64,000 bases of DNA, from NCBI GenBank assembly GCA_004764695.1, contig SMSO01000032.1, positions 4,496,483-4,560,482 of the forward strand, written 5' to 3'. This document shows positions 10,936 through 22,919 of this stretch, piece by piece; position 1 is the stretch's first letter; the number at the start of each line of letters is the position of its first letter. The stretch is from Schizochytrium sp. TIO01 (taxonomy: Eukaryota; Protista; Bigyra: Labyrinthulomycetes). The notes beneath the pieces were generated by a model. That model saw only the letters and a list, made by a program, of their open reading frames with translations. It was not told where the DNA came from and did not search any database. The position numbers and the translations under genes are program-made.

Positions 10936-12229
10936 AGAACCAATGAATTAGCGAGTGCCTGAACTTAGAAAGCCTGAAGAAAATTTAGTATGCAATGGTA
11001 GTATGCACCGCAGCGAAGAATTGAGTACGGTACAAGGAGTTGTTCGACAGAGTGCGCCTAAGAGAGGTTCATGCCAACCTCTGGGCACTTAACGCTAATC
11101 ACGATCTCAGTGAGTTTGCCATCTGATCAATTCAATTCATGAATAATCGGCGAATCTCCTCCATTCAGGGAGAGCTAAATAACACCTCCTTTAAAATAAA
11201 AATAAAAATTGGTCCCCTGGCAACAACTCATGTCAAAACAATCACTCACAAATTCTTTCCCACGAGTCAAACAGAGGAGACAACTCCTGCGCTCTCGCTG
11301 ATCAGGGGTAATAAGTTAGCAACTTGGGCAAAAGCCCAAGCCAAAACAATCACTCATACAACTCCTGTGTAGATAGATACTCTTTCTAAAAATGTGTACG
11401 AACTCAAGCGAAGGCCCTCACGCATTGCGAACTCAATGCAACATCAAATTAGCTAGGGTTTCAAGTTCCTTGATTGTAAACTCATCAAATGTTTCTTCAT
11501 CCCAGTTTTCATTGCTGTCTTCATTGCTTTCAGCAGGCCCTGGGCGAGAAGCAAGACTTGTAGCACTCAGCGTGTTGGTGTTGATTTTAAACCATCATCC
11601 AAACCATGCTCCCACTATGCACATCGAAAAAGACGTGTCGGGCTCGCCCGTCCGACATATCCCTCGTCGTACTTGCTTGCTTGTCTATTCGGACCCGTTT
11701 TGTTTCGAAGAACCGGAGGATGTCCCAAGTAGAGGGTCCATTAATCTTGGCAAAAAGACTTTTACTTCGAATGAAAAGAGGTCCAGCTGATATTATTTTA
11801 AAAGTCAGAAGTTGGGACTCCAGACTCGGGAGTCCTTGCCAATTAAAAAAAAAAAGGGAAAAAGAAGAAGAAGAAGGAAAGATAAAAAGACCCAAAAAGG
11901 GGGGAAAGGAAAAGGGATCACAATTCTATTTGTTTGATTCTGGGACTTAATGTTTTGCGCGAGAACAAACCTGGCTGCGTTCAAACTAAAAGTTCATGGT
12001 TCTCCCCATCTTGCTATCTCTGGAGGTGTTCTGTACACCCAAGTAAACCCCGCGAAGTCTTCTCTCATACATTCAATATCATCTTGTGAGAATAAGCTAC
12101 CAAAAAACAAAAACAACCAAGAGCACAAGTTGCTAACCGACTGGGTTGGCTTCAGCAATTCTCAAGTCATCATTATTTACTAAATTCCAAGACCGCAACT
12201 AGATATCTATCCAGGTTCGCGATTTTTTC

Positions 12230-14965
12230 TCATAAAGCCACACGCTGACTCTGCAAAGAAAAGGGCGAAGAAACTCGTAAATTGTGACCGTGCTCTGTAG
12301 CTTCGAAAATTGTGTTCTGTCTAGACTGAGGGTGCCGTGGTAAGTACTCAGGTGGGTTGATGGCCGTGTACCAAAGGTCGACCTGCGCAGCTCGCTCGTG
12401 AAACGTTTTAGAATCTAGCTTGGAGGCTGCATCTTGAAACATGGTGTTGAGGATTCCGAGGAGCGGGCGTGAGCGTTCCATAGAGTTTATCGCTGTCTTG
12501 TTAGGAAGTACATCATACAAAAAGCACCAAATGATTTTTGACCAGCCGGTGTGCAAGGGAATTCGCAAAGCTTGCAAAGTACGAGGTAGGTGAAGCATAG
12601 TATCAACGCCCATGAGCTGAATCCATGTACCATCCTTGAGCTGGATAGGTCTACTACAAGGCAGAACATACCCAGTACAGAAATCAGCAGCTTTTAGAAC
12701 AAGCATAGGGCCCATACGAAGGTCTTTATGAACCAACGAGGCAATATTTTGTGAACTCCAAATTGCAATGTTGTCAAGAAAAACACGAACAAATTGGCCT
12801 TCACTTGTTCGCTTCAAATGAAAGTATCCCAATGTGATAGCTGACGATAAGTACAAAGAAGCCAGTAAATCAAAACAATGTTGTGGGGGCACATTCGTTG
12901 TAGTTGGCGCACTTCCAATAAAAAGGTGTGCTAGCCCTGTTGCTGCAAATAAAGCTCCTGTAGTTCCTACATCCGTGCTACGGCCACGGCATTCACAAAG
13001 ATTTACAACTAAAACTTTCGGACATCGCTCTGCAAGTGATTTAGCGTCTAAATCGAGAAGCTTTAAACGACTTTGGGCAAAATTGCTTACGAATACTGAT
13101 GCACGAGTCTCAAGAAGACGTTGGAGTACGGCATTCCCTTCCATAGATAGACTTCCAACGTGAATGACCTCTTTGCCAGCATTATATAACTCGTAAAGTC
13201 CAGGGTCTTCCGTCTTCATTGGATCGCCAGAACGTGGTTCAATTCGGAGTACTGTCGCACCACGTTCCAAAAGAATTCTGCAGGCCGCAGATACACAGAT
13301 TGAAGGTTCTGGAGCATCAAAGTCAACAAGTTCTAACACGACACATCCAGCCACTGGAGGCGGTAAGTTGCCGATAAAGGCAGCAGAAGCCTTAGGTAAC
13401 AAGGCTGAACTATTCCGGGGGAGCCAGCCACGAGAAAGAATATCTCGCGTATGCGCGCCTTTCTCTGGTGCTCGAGCCTTGTCAAATGTGTGATGTTGGC
13501 TGCAGGAAAACTCATAAGGCATGCGAACGGAAAACCGGAGATCTCGAACTTCGTCCGAGGTATGCTGTAGACACTGCTTGAAAGCATCGCGTTCTTGAAG
13601 GCTGTCTAATACTCCACTCGGCGAGGGAGGCCTCCAGAGCTGCTCCTCGGACGTGAGAGAGGGTGAAAGTGTGGAAGGGAGCGAGGAAAATGCTGACTGC
13701 CCTCCCTCCTCTGCAACCCAGCTCCATATTTCTGTAAAATCTCGGACTCTTTGAAAGGCAATTTCATGCTTAGCCAGGAGATCACACACCTGCGAAGCTG
13801 TCATAGATGCAATTCGTCGTTCAGCCGCGCTGAGTAGGTCAACACTTCCTCGTGAGGGTGGGCCATCAAGAGCTAGGGCATTGGAAAAGGCTTGCTCTCC
13901 ACTTCGTACACGTCCCAGGCGGTCAGAGTTACGCTGTCGATGTCCACAAATGGCAATTTGAACGCCATCTCCAGTACGGTAAATATGCCGAAGTGGATTG
14001 CTAGAGAGATCCCTCATACGCTCCAGGCCACCAACGGCGGCATAAGGCCCGACACACCATGCTCCAGCATGAAGAAGAGACGAATCAAGAAATTGACCGC
14101 GGCCCGTTTCGGCTCGCTGCACAAGTGCTATTGCAATTCCTGTTAGCAATGCTTGCGAGGCAGTTGCATCCCCCATACCAAACGGAGTAGCTTCATATAT
14201 GTTATGCTGATGGTGCATTAGGGTAGAAAAACCTGTGGCAGCCCAAAATGATCCAATGTCGTAACCTGCCATGTTGCGACCTGCGCCATGTAAGCCCCAT
14301 GCAGTGAGTTGGGCGAAAATGACATGAGGGAATGCGTGAAGTACTGACGATGGGTCTAGGGTTAATCGCTCAAGTTTTCCTGGCCTAAGGTTGGTAATGA
14401 AAACATCGGTTTCACGGAGTAGCTGCTTCACCTGTTCGACTCCTGCAGGAGTGTCAAGGTCAACACAAAAAGAGGATTTTCCTAAATTTGAGATTTCAAA
14501 GTTAGTCCCGTATGCACGTGGTTCCTGCTCAAAATCAAGATGTGTTTTGCGGGATTGGTCACCCTCTAAGGTTTCAACTTTGATCACCTCAGCACCAAGT
14601 TCTGCAAAGATCCGACCAACATATGGGGCAGCAAGGTCAGTTGAGAGTTCAAGAACGCGAACTCCGTGAAGAAGGGGGGCTCCTTGACCTGGGGTCCAAG
14701 ATTGGCGCTCAGGATTTTCAATGCGCTCAGTTTGCGGAGACAATAGCTTGCGCTTCTCAGCATGACGCTTAGCACGGCGACGTGTAAGAACCACTACAAC
14801 TACACCTGCGCAAGCTACCACGGCACCAGCCCCAGCCCATCGAAGCAATACTGAAATGGCTGCCTTTGCCGTGCCTGCTATAGAATAGTTACCCCCAGGT
14901 GGGAGTACTCCTTTGCTATTACCATCGCAGTAATGTTGCCCACGAGTGAGCCGGACGCTCGCCAT
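12230..14965 (-). CDS. Family III (CaiB/BaiF) CoA-transferase with two tandem domains and an N-terminal transmembrane segment, 911 aa
   Basis: Domain 1 from aa ~98: LHGVRVLEL...AAPYVGRIFAELGAEVIKVE...GD, NLGKSS, DVFITNLRPG, WG..G...GYD, GD(266). Domain 2 from aa ~537: VAGCVVLEL...ERGATVLRIEPRSGDP, NAGKE, VFVSNF. A hydrophobic stretch at aa ~36-60 is followed by RRRAKR. Confidence 0.88.
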   Translation of the reverse strand: MASVRLTRGQHYCDGNSKGVLPPGGNYSIAGTAKAAISVLLRWAGAGAVVACAGVVVVVLTRRRAKRHAEKRKLLSPQTERIENPERQSWTPGQGAPLLHGVRVLELSTDLAAPYVGRIFAELGAEVIKVETLEGDQSRKTHLDFEQEPRAYGTNFEISNLGKSSFCVDLDTPAGVEQVKQLLRETDVFITNLRPGKLERLTLDPSSVLHAFPHVIFAQLTAWGLHGAGRNMAGYDIGSFWAATGFSTLMHHQHNIYEATPFGMGDATASQALLTGIAIALVQRAETGRGQFLDSSLLHAGAWCVGPYAAVGGLERMRDLSSNPLRHIYRTGDGVQIAICGHRQRNSDRLGRVRSGEQAFSNALALDGPPSRGSVDLLSAAERRIASMTASQVCDLLAKHEIAFQRVRDFTEIWSWVAEEGGQSAFSSLPSTLSPSLTSEEQLWRPPSPSGVLDSLQERDAFKQCLQHTSDEVRDLRFSVRMPYEFSCSQHHTFDKARAPEKGAHTRDILSRGWLPRNSSALLPKASAAFIGNLPPPVAGCVVLELVDFDAPEPSICVSAACRILLERGATVLRIEPRSGDPMKTEDPGLYELYNAGKEVIHVGSLSMEGNAVLQRLLETRASVFVSNFAQSRLKLLDLDAKSLAERCPKVLVVNLCECRGRSTDVGTTGALFAATGLAHLFIGSAPTTTNVPPQHCFDLLASLYLSSAITLGYFHLKRTSEGQFVRVFLDNIAIWSSQNIASLVHKDLRMGPMLVLKAADFCTGYVLPCSRPIQLKDGTWIQLMGVDTMLHLPRTLQALRIPLHTGWSKIIWCFLYDVLPNKTAINSMERSRPLLGILNTMFQDAASKLDSKTFHERAAQVDLWYTAINPPEYLPRHPQSRQNTIFEATEHGHNLRVSSPFSLQSQRVAL

Positions 14966-16467
14966 TATGCTATCTCTTCAAAGAGATTTGGTGACTCGGC
15001 AGAAAGTAATTTAGGCCTAGGTGTTAGTTGAACGACAACAGTGGTTTTCTTCGTTTTCTTCGACGACGCAGGATCCTACTAGGTGATAAAGTACTACTAC
15101 TATGCGTATACCCATTTTCTACGCACACAGGATTTCTCAAATAGATAGTAAGAGGCCCTCCTTTTTATTCTTATTATCATTTTAAAAAAAAGATTAAAAA
15201 AAAGAAAAGAAAAATATATATACATAGATTCTTCAGGTTTTGCTTATACAAGTAGGATGATGAGCCCTCGCAATATAATCTTGTACTCAAGTATGCGTAT
15301 GAGGCCCTAGTTTTAAAAAATAAAAATTTACTAGTAAAATTTAAAATTCGGGGCTAACTTAAAAAACAATTTTAGTATCTACGTACACTCTCAGGAAATA
15401 AGTTAAAATATATCTTAGCTTGGGTAAAAACTCAAGCCAACACAATCATTGAGCATAGTTGATACCTAAGTACCTAGGTTTATTCTCACTGGTCAAAGGT
15501 AAGGAGTTTGAATCTTAAAAAAACAACACTTGGCGAAGGCAAACCAGTCACTGGTGTAGATTGATAATACCTACCTAGATACTAATTAGATGAAAATAAA
15601 GATCCGAGATAGGCATCGTTGTGACATCATATATCGACGTAAGCATTTGGTATAATTATCTTCTTGCCACCATCTTTCTGTCTTGGTAGAACTGTATCAT
15701 TGTCAGTAAAAGTATGGTATGTGGTGTGGCGTGGTGGTAGCCACTATTCCAAAGGCAAAGTCTAAGAAAGATGAAGAATATATCTTCACATTATCACCTA
15801 GGCTTCAATAATGCTCGACCAAAGCCAAATTGGTTGCCTCTCAAAACTTTCAATGAAAATAAATTAAGTCATAGCATCCAAATCCCCTATTTGTGAGTGA
15901 CTTTGAGTTTTAGAGCATATTAGTAGCCTCCACTTCGAAACAAGAATTACGAGTGTGCGATGCAATGTAATGCATACTCCTCGACCTTTTTTTTTTGCAT
16001 TCTACTATGGAGTGTATTGATATTTCTATAGTAACGTAATCATTTTACCCTTTTGATAAAAAAGGTTAATCGTTTGGCTTCATAGCTCACCCTTAATGTG
16101 GTTCTAAGGTATTTTCGGGACTAAGTCGAAAGGGGTTTCGATGTGACATTATTCAAAAAGTGATATGAAGTGAGAAAAGAGTTGCAAAAGTACATTTTCA
16201 TTATCAAGAAAAGAAAATTAAAGAGGGCAAATTGTAGTAGGTAGTATAAATTAATCATTCTGCAGTGATTTCGTACTTTACCAAACAAAACCGGTAATAT
16301 AGCCCTCTCCCCCCAAGAAAATTAACTATATTTGGCTGATTAATGGCATTTTTTGGTTAAAGTTGTTCCTATCTAGATAAAACTTCACTTCCCGAGCGTC
16401 AATTCGGTCGTAGTGTTGAGTTTTTTGATGATAACATATCATATTCCTGACAAGAAGGCATGCTTTT

Positions 16468-17380
16468 TTACATGTAAAGAAGGTTCCTATCTGCTCCACG
16501 AGCCTCTCTAATTTGAGCACAAGAATTCTGAGCAGATCCGAACTCATTGAGAAAAGTGTTGTTTTGACTGTCGAACGGCTTTAAGAGAGATAGAAAAGGC
16601 TCAATTAACGCAAGCAATGTTTCACTCCCCAATTGGGACTCTCGAAGACTTAGTAAAGACACACACGTATCGATCTGCGTGTTGAATGAGCACTCGCTAA
16701 TCAACGCCGCTGTAAGGCCTGTAATTAGGTTTCCCGATTCCAAAATCTTGATTCCAAGTTTCTCAGAAAGCTCTTGGGAAGCCTCATTGGTTGCAAGGCT
16801 TCTTACAAGTGGGGGTTCACATCTTTCCCCATTGCAAAGATAATTGTAGGTGAACACTGTATCTAAGATGCAGACATGCTTCACATCACCCAATGCTTCG
16901 ATAACAGACTTGGCCCATCCCCATAAGGCATGCTCTTCAAGTCCGTCAATAGACTCAAACGCTAACCATGCAATAGTTGGAGACTCAACCCCAATATACG
17001 AAAGTTTAGCTCTACTTTTGTCTGCTACCAGATCACCTACCACATCGATAGAGTTGATTTGAACACAGGATTCTACAAATCTTGAGAGCTCCATTCCAAT
17101 GGTGACAATACCTAGCTGCAGGGTTCCTGTATGAAGGGTTCTTCCATCCTTCAGCTGAAGCAGACAAAGATAATTAGCAAACCTTGGTCAGTTGAACTGT
17201 GTCTGTAAAAGTATAGTACGAGAGATTCGCTAAAGATCTGTAGGAACTTACATGTAGCTCAGGGACGGCCTGTGGTTTGCTATGCAAAGCAAGGTGGGCT
17301 TCTTCTTCTTCGTCCTCATCCAGCGTGTTCCGTGAGCGAGGAGCGTCTCGCTCGGTCACCGACTCAACAAAAGTTGCCAT
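16468..17380 (-). CDS. PSMG1: Proteasome assembly chaperone 1 (PAC1); exons 17380-17252 and 17154-16468, ~271 aa
   Basis: Exon 1 is MATFVE...SRNTLDEDEEEE (PSMG1-like N-terminus). A phase-0 GTAAGT...GCTAAT...TTCAG intron joins it in frame. 'LESGNLITGLTAALISEC' and C-terminal 'LLYM' fit PAC1. Confidence 0.78.
17155..17251 (-). other. Spliceosomal intron (97 nt) in PSMG1
   Basis: GTAAGT donor, GCTAAT branch, pyrimidine tract and CAG acceptor; splicing restores the frame. Confidence 0.85.
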
Positions 17381-19787
17381 GATCGAACTTTGTTTACTAT
17401 ATTGAGGCTCTAGAAAGCTTCTCAAGAGATCAGCAAGTACAGCTACAGTGCGTGCTTACTGGTTGGTCTTTACACCTGGTATACTGCACGTCTATTCTTT
17501 GCTAATACCACGCAGTTTGGCTTCTGCGAACGTTTGTCTTTATCTTGCTACATAGCTTCTTCGTGTTCATTGTTGGCTAAAATTTGATACAAGTTAGTAT
17601 ATATGTATATACTTTACTTGTATTAGCTGTGAGTTGTAGTTGTTATGTTCTCACTTATTGATGCACCCAGACCCAAACACATCATATGACACTATAGGCT
17701 ATATGAGAGATCAAAATTACTCAACTCGCAAGATAAAGCACTAAATCGTTTGCCTTACTGAAGCTTCAGTAATTTCTGGCTGCTCTGCTTGTTACGGGCA
17801 ATTTTTTGAGGACAACCTCATAAATAATATACTATAACTTGGGGAAAAAGGGGTGGGAAAATCTCTATCAAATTAACTTCATTTCTTTTACATACGCAAT
17901 TTTTGAAGATATGACGATCTGAAAAATTTGAAGTACAAAATGTGCTCGCCTGGTAACACATTCAAACAATTTTGTTTAGCTGTAAAAAAGCATCCTCCTT
18001 TGGTGAAAATTATCAAATGACATATTCTCGGATCTCTACTTTGTGTAGTAATCTCGATTACTCCTTCACAAGAGACAAGAAATGCTGATCGCTAGTGGTC
18101 AATTTTCCAAAAATGAGTTGAAAATTGATGCAACAGTTATAACACGAGTAGAATGTTGTCAAACACATGATAAGCATTTCCTCAATGGTTTAAACTACTA
18201 TACAAAATACGTCTCGAAGGCATTGCTTTAACGTCAGCATATAGGATAATGATGACCTGAAGTTTTCTTTCCAGGGACAACACAGAGAGTCGCGAAAGAG
18301 GACTTTCCATAGACAGATTATGCCATAGTGCAAAAGTGTACCATGAAACCAGCCTTATAAGTATCTGTGCTTCCTTAATTGCTTATACTTCGTGGATACG
18401 AATACAAATTGCATCAAGGAGAAATCCCAGTAAGAAGTTCAATAGTTCAGCTACCTATTGCGAAATATTGAGCTACGATGCCCACGGTTAGTATCTTACA
18501 TATAATTCTGGTTTTAATAAATGAATTGGGTTGATAACATGTCGCTTTCCATTTCAAACGCTTGGCATATAACAACTTGGCAGTTATGGTGTATTATGAA
18601 ATATTTCAAATTTAGTGTTGTGGGTCAGTGTGTCATAACAACATAAAGTCCACATTCTCTTCTGAATGTGTAAAAATAGTTGATCAGTATTGTGATTGTG
18701 ATTTCATAACTTTAGGATTGGTTTGTTTCAGAGATTCTACAATCACTCATACTCAAGTATATTATAATGTATCTGATACCAGTCCCTCATCTGAATTTTC
18801 GTTTAGCGCAATGTTGTTATGATGATTGATTGTAAAGCATTCCCTTACGAGGCTGCTCATTTACTCTGACTTGGACCTTGGTAATGTGTACTTATTGGTT
18901 CAAGATAATGAACCCTATGTAGGATCAAGCTCCGCTCCAGGCATTCGTATGCGTTGGTGAGTTAAAACCTAGCTAGAGAACCCAAAACAAAAACAAAACC
19001 CCTATTGTGAATAAATCTATTCTTGTTACCAAAGTAGAAGTGCTGGATGCCTAGAGAAGAAAAAAACCACAGAAAGACAAAACCTACTAATAAAGGCCTA
19101 CTATTATTTGCAAATATATTACCTAATAGTACCCTATAGTGATTCCTACTGAACAGTAACAAGCACGCGAATAAACAAACAAAAACATTGATAACAAATG
19201 AGTGGGTGGAGGAGCGCGAGAGAAACTTGTGCTAATTTGCAACTGCACCTTCATAGTTTCGGAGTATACACAATAGCTCTTAATTTATCTGAGACTATAG
19301 CAGAAGTTGCTTCATGACTAGGAGAGACGACATTGAGAGACCAGGAGTAAAGGGGAAAAGACCTTCAATAAGAAAACCAGCAAAGTAAATCAACCGTGTT
19401 ACCTAGGTACGTACTACAAATGAAGCAGCGAGACCTTGAAAGCTAGAGTTTTTATCCAAGTTAGAGGGTTAAAAGGAGGACTAGCTTCTGGCTATTACTA
19501 TGTTAGTGGGAGTGGAAACAAAGAATTAACAAAGTAGAGACGGAGAGAATAAATAATGAATTATTTGAAAGTACTCAAATAGGTACCTACCTACTAGTTA
19601 GGCATAGCAGAATATAGAACTAGAGAAAATAAAAGGAAAGAGAATAAGAGAGAAAGAGAGTCCAACCAAGTGAACGAAGGAGGACCAGCCAAAGACCAAG
19701 CCTCCCCGTCGTCAGATTGATCGACGTGGGGTTGGGACACACATAAAGTTTAGTGAGACGCGTTCAAGGTAACGGAAGACGCGGATC

Positions 19788-22700
19788 ATGGAGTCAGATA
19801 CCGTCTTTGTGCGAGGGCTTCAACCAGGCGTGAACGACGATGAGCTCAACGAGGCGTTCTCAGACGTAGGACCCGTCAAGTCTGCCTTCATTGTTGTCGA
19901 GAAAGACGGCCCAAACAAAGGCCAGAGTCGAGGCTTTGGGTTTGTCCAATTTTCGTTGCCAGAGGATGCTGCCGCCGCTGTTCAAAAACTTCAAGGAGTT
20001 ACCATCGGCGATGGTCCAGTCAGGCTGACACTCGCTGAGAAGCGCGGCTTCAAGTTCAAGGGAGGTGCTACGACGAGCATCTCCTCGTCCTCCTCTTTTA
20101 CTGGTAATTCGGACGAAAACAACACTGCATCTTCGCTTCTAGCATCCTCGCCTGCAGAGCCTACGCAGCAAACTAAGAATGTCTTGAAGACCCAGCCACG
20201 TCCACGACGTGTTCCGGACAACTTTTTTCGAAAGCTTGCTCGCGAAGCTGTTGTAAAGACCGCAGCTTCACAGGATTCAAGCAAGGCCAAGTCCGGAAAG
20301 GCAAAGGCTGACTCAGATAATGATGAGGCTCGGGTAACCCGAACCGAGGAGCTTTTGCGTGACTCTTCGGTAATTCTCTTTAACCTCCCAGCTGGTACCA
20401 ACGCTCCTCAGGTTCGCCGCAAAGCTGGCAAGGCTGGCAAGGTCAACATGATCGAGTACCCCCTGAAGTCTCTCGACCTTGGTACTGATGGTACTGACAT
20501 GGCCCTAGTGGTATTTACTAAAAAGACTAGCGCAGCGAATGCCTTGCGAAAGCTTGACCAAAAGGTATGGCAGTCTGAAAGCGCCACGGCAAATTCTGCT
20601 GATGCTGCTGATACTAAATCAACTGTTGCGTGCCGCCGAATTAAACAAATTGCACTGGATCTCCGTGCTCGTAGTACTCGCTGTCGTCTTATTGTTCGCA
20701 ACTTGAACTTTTCAGCTGACGAATCGAAGCTTCGAGCTGCTTTTGCGCCTTTTGGTCCTGTTCTCCAGGTTTTCTTGGGAAAAGGATCTGATGAAGCACA
20801 TGGAAACAATAACAAAAAGTCAATGGGTTACGCTTTTGTTCAGTTTGCCTGCCGCTCTGATGCACAGCAAGCTGTTCAGAAAATGAACGGCGAAAAAATC
20901 AGTGGCCGCGTGGTTGCTGTAGATTGGGCCCTAGATAAACGTGACTATGAACGTCTTCGTGCGGAGGCTGAACAGGAATCGGGATCATCCTCTCAAGCGG
21001 AGACAAAAGAAGATAAAGATTCCGATGAAGGTGAGGGTGACTCTTCCGATGCTGATGACAACGCGGAGGAAGAGAACTCCGATGATGAGGCGGGCGAATC
21101 CTCCGATGAAGGTGAGAGCAGCAGCGCCAATGGTAGCGAAGATGAAGAGTCCGAGTCCGAAGATGACAAGGACGAGGACGAGGACCCCATGAGTGAAGAT
21201 GATGAAGAAGAAGAAATGGACGAGGATGAAGATGAGGAAGATAAATCCGCTCGCAGAAACCAGCGCGACGAAGACGAAAAGGCTAACACGCTCTTCATCC
21301 GGAATGTTCTCTTCGAAACCACAGAAGAAGAACTGTTCGATACTTTCAAGCAGTTTGGTGGTGTTCGCTATGTCCGTGTTGTGAAGGGACATGATGGCCG
21401 CAGCAGAGGTACAGCTTTTGTGAACTTTTACAACCATGCCTCTTTCGAGCGCGCGTTGCAGAAGGCAGCAGAGGTACCTGTGGTCCAGAAGGTTCTTAAG
21501 CGCAAGCGCAAGGAAGCTCAAGAAGCCAATACTTCGCAAGAGGGTGGCTCTGGCATCATGTGTTCAGGAAGACCTTTGTTCGTAACCCCGGCAGTGCGAC
21601 CGGAGGAAGCCCAAAAATTGGTAGAGACCCGAGACAAGATCAAGAATGAAAAAATTGACCGTCGCCATCTATACCTCAGCCGGGAAGGCCAAGTTCACGA
21701 GGGTGACGGCATTGATATTCCTCAACAAGACCTTCAGAAACGCCAACGAGCTGAACGTGAGAAACGTACGAAGTTGCGCAGCCCCATGTTCTTCGTATCT
21801 CCTACCCGTCTTTCTGTGCGTAACTTGTACCGTGGTGGTTTGGGTGAAGATGCTGCTTATCCCGAGCCCACCGAAAAGAGCCTTGCAAAGATCTTCCGTG
21901 CGGCAGCTCAAAAGGGCCTTGAGGCTGGTCTCGTGGATAGCATTGATGGCGATGAAACATTGTTTCCGCGCAATTGGCCTGATCGCAAGTTCATGAAACA
22001 AGTATCGGTGAAAAATGTTCGTATTATGCGAGAAGCCTCACCATTGGTCCATACCTCTGATATTGAAATGAGCATGTCTACAAGTGTTCAACAAGGAGGT
22101 GTCAACGGAACAACTGCACCTGAGGACCAAACCTCGGGTAAGGGTAAGGGTAAGGTCACCAGAAACAAGCAAAAGGTTTTAGGTCGCTCTACTGGATTTG
22201 CATTCGTGGAGTTTGCTGAACACGTACACGCGCTTGCAGCGTTGCGTATGCTCAACAACAACCCGGCTTATGCTTACATTGCAGCTGGTGGACCGCGCTC
22301 AATGGGTATTAAAGAGCGTGATCGGTCGCGTCTCATTGTCGAGTTTTCTGTGGAAAACACTGCTAAGCTTCGTGTTCGAGAAAAACGCATGGAAAAGCAA
22401 CGTAGAACTCAAGATATGCAGCGCAACGCCCAACTGGCTGCTGATTTTGCATCTGGCGCAACATCTAATGCAAGTGGCAATAGCTCAAAAACTGCTGAAA
22501 GAAGCCAAGAGCGGAGGAAACAGGGTGGTAAAAACTTTGATGGTAAGGGCAAGCAGATGAACGGCCACCAGGGTGGTCGTTCAAACTTTGAGCGTTCTGA
22601 TGGCTCCAGGAAGGGCCCAAACAAACGTCAAAGGCGCGACGAGCCCAGTGATCGGGATGATAACAACCGCCAGAATAAGCAACGCAGAAAGTCCCATGAT

Positions 22701-22919
22701 AATGGGTCTAAGGACACAAAATTTAATAAGAAACAAGGTCAAAGCCCGGGCGCCCAGAGATCGAAGCAGCAGCATAGCAAGCAAGGAGCTAAACCCAAGG
22801 GTGGCGACTCCAACCTTGCGCAAGTTAATGCCTCGGCATTCCGTCAGCTTGTGGACCAGTACAAGGCTGCTATTGCGCCAACCGCAGACAAGAAAAAACG
22901 CTGGTTCGAAGCCGCATGA
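19788..22919 (+). CDS. RBM28: RNA-binding protein 28 / Nop4 (four RRMs, acidic linker)
   Basis: RRMs (TVFVRGL...SRGFGFVQF; RLIVRNLNF...MGYAFVQF..VAVDWA; TLFIRNV...SRGTAFVNF; TRLSVRNL...GFAFVEFAEHVHAL). Also D/E tract, 'DRRHLYLSREG', 'ALRMLNNNP', 'RLIVEFSVEN' and C-terminal 'KRWF'. Confidence 0.93.
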   Translation: MESDTVFVRGLQPGVNDDELNEAFSDVGPVKSAFIVVEKDGPNKGQSRGFGFVQFSLPEDAAAAVQKLQGVTIGDGPVRLTLAEKRGFKFKGGATTSISSSSSFTGNSDENNTASSLLASSPAEPTQQTKNVLKTQPRPRRVPDNFFRKLAREAVVKTAASQDSSKAKSGKAKADSDNDEARVTRTEELLRDSSVILFNLPAGTNAPQVRRKAGKAGKVNMIEYPLKSLDLGTDGTDMALVVFTKKTSAANALRKLDQKVWQSESATANSADAADTKSTVACRRIKQIALDLRARSTRCRLIVRNLNFSADESKLRAAFAPFGPVLQVFLGKGSDEAHGNNNKKSMGYAFVQFACRSDAQQAVQKMNGEKISGRVVAVDWALDKRDYERLRAEAEQESGSSSQAETKEDKDSDEGEGDSSDADDNAEEENSDDEAGESSDEGESSSANGSEDEESESEDDKDEDEDPMSEDDEEEEMDEDEDEEDKSARRNQRDEDEKANTLFIRNVLFETTEEELFDTFKQFGGVRYVRVVKGHDGRSRGTAFVNFYNHASFERALQKAAEVPVVQKVLKRKRKEAQEANTSQEGGSGIMCSGRPLFVTPAVRPEEAQKLVETRDKIKNEKIDRRHLYLSREGQVHEGDGIDIPQQDLQKRQRAEREKRTKLRSPMFFVSPTRLSVRNLYRGGLGEDAAYPEPTEKSLAKIFRAAAQKGLEAGLVDSIDGDETLFPRNWPDRKFMKQVSVKNVRIMREASPLVHTSDIEMSMSTSVQQGGVNGTTAPEDQTSGKGKGKVTRNKQKVLGRSTGFAFVEFAEHVHALAALRMLNNNPAYAYIAAGGPRSMGIKERDRSRLIVEFSVENTAKLRVREKRMEKQRRTQDMQRNAQLAADFASGATSNASGNSSKTAERSQERRKQGGKNFDGKGKQMNGHQGGRSNFERSDGSRKGPNKRQRRDEPSDRDDNNRQNKQRRKSHDNGSKDTKFNKKQGQSPGAQRSKQQHSKQGAKPKGGDSNLAQVNASAFRQLVDQYKAAIAPTADKKKRWFEAA

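Noticed and set aside
18000-18960. Coding-looking intergenic stretch between PSMG1 and RBM28
   Set aside because: Multiple stops in the frames I read and no identifiable family.
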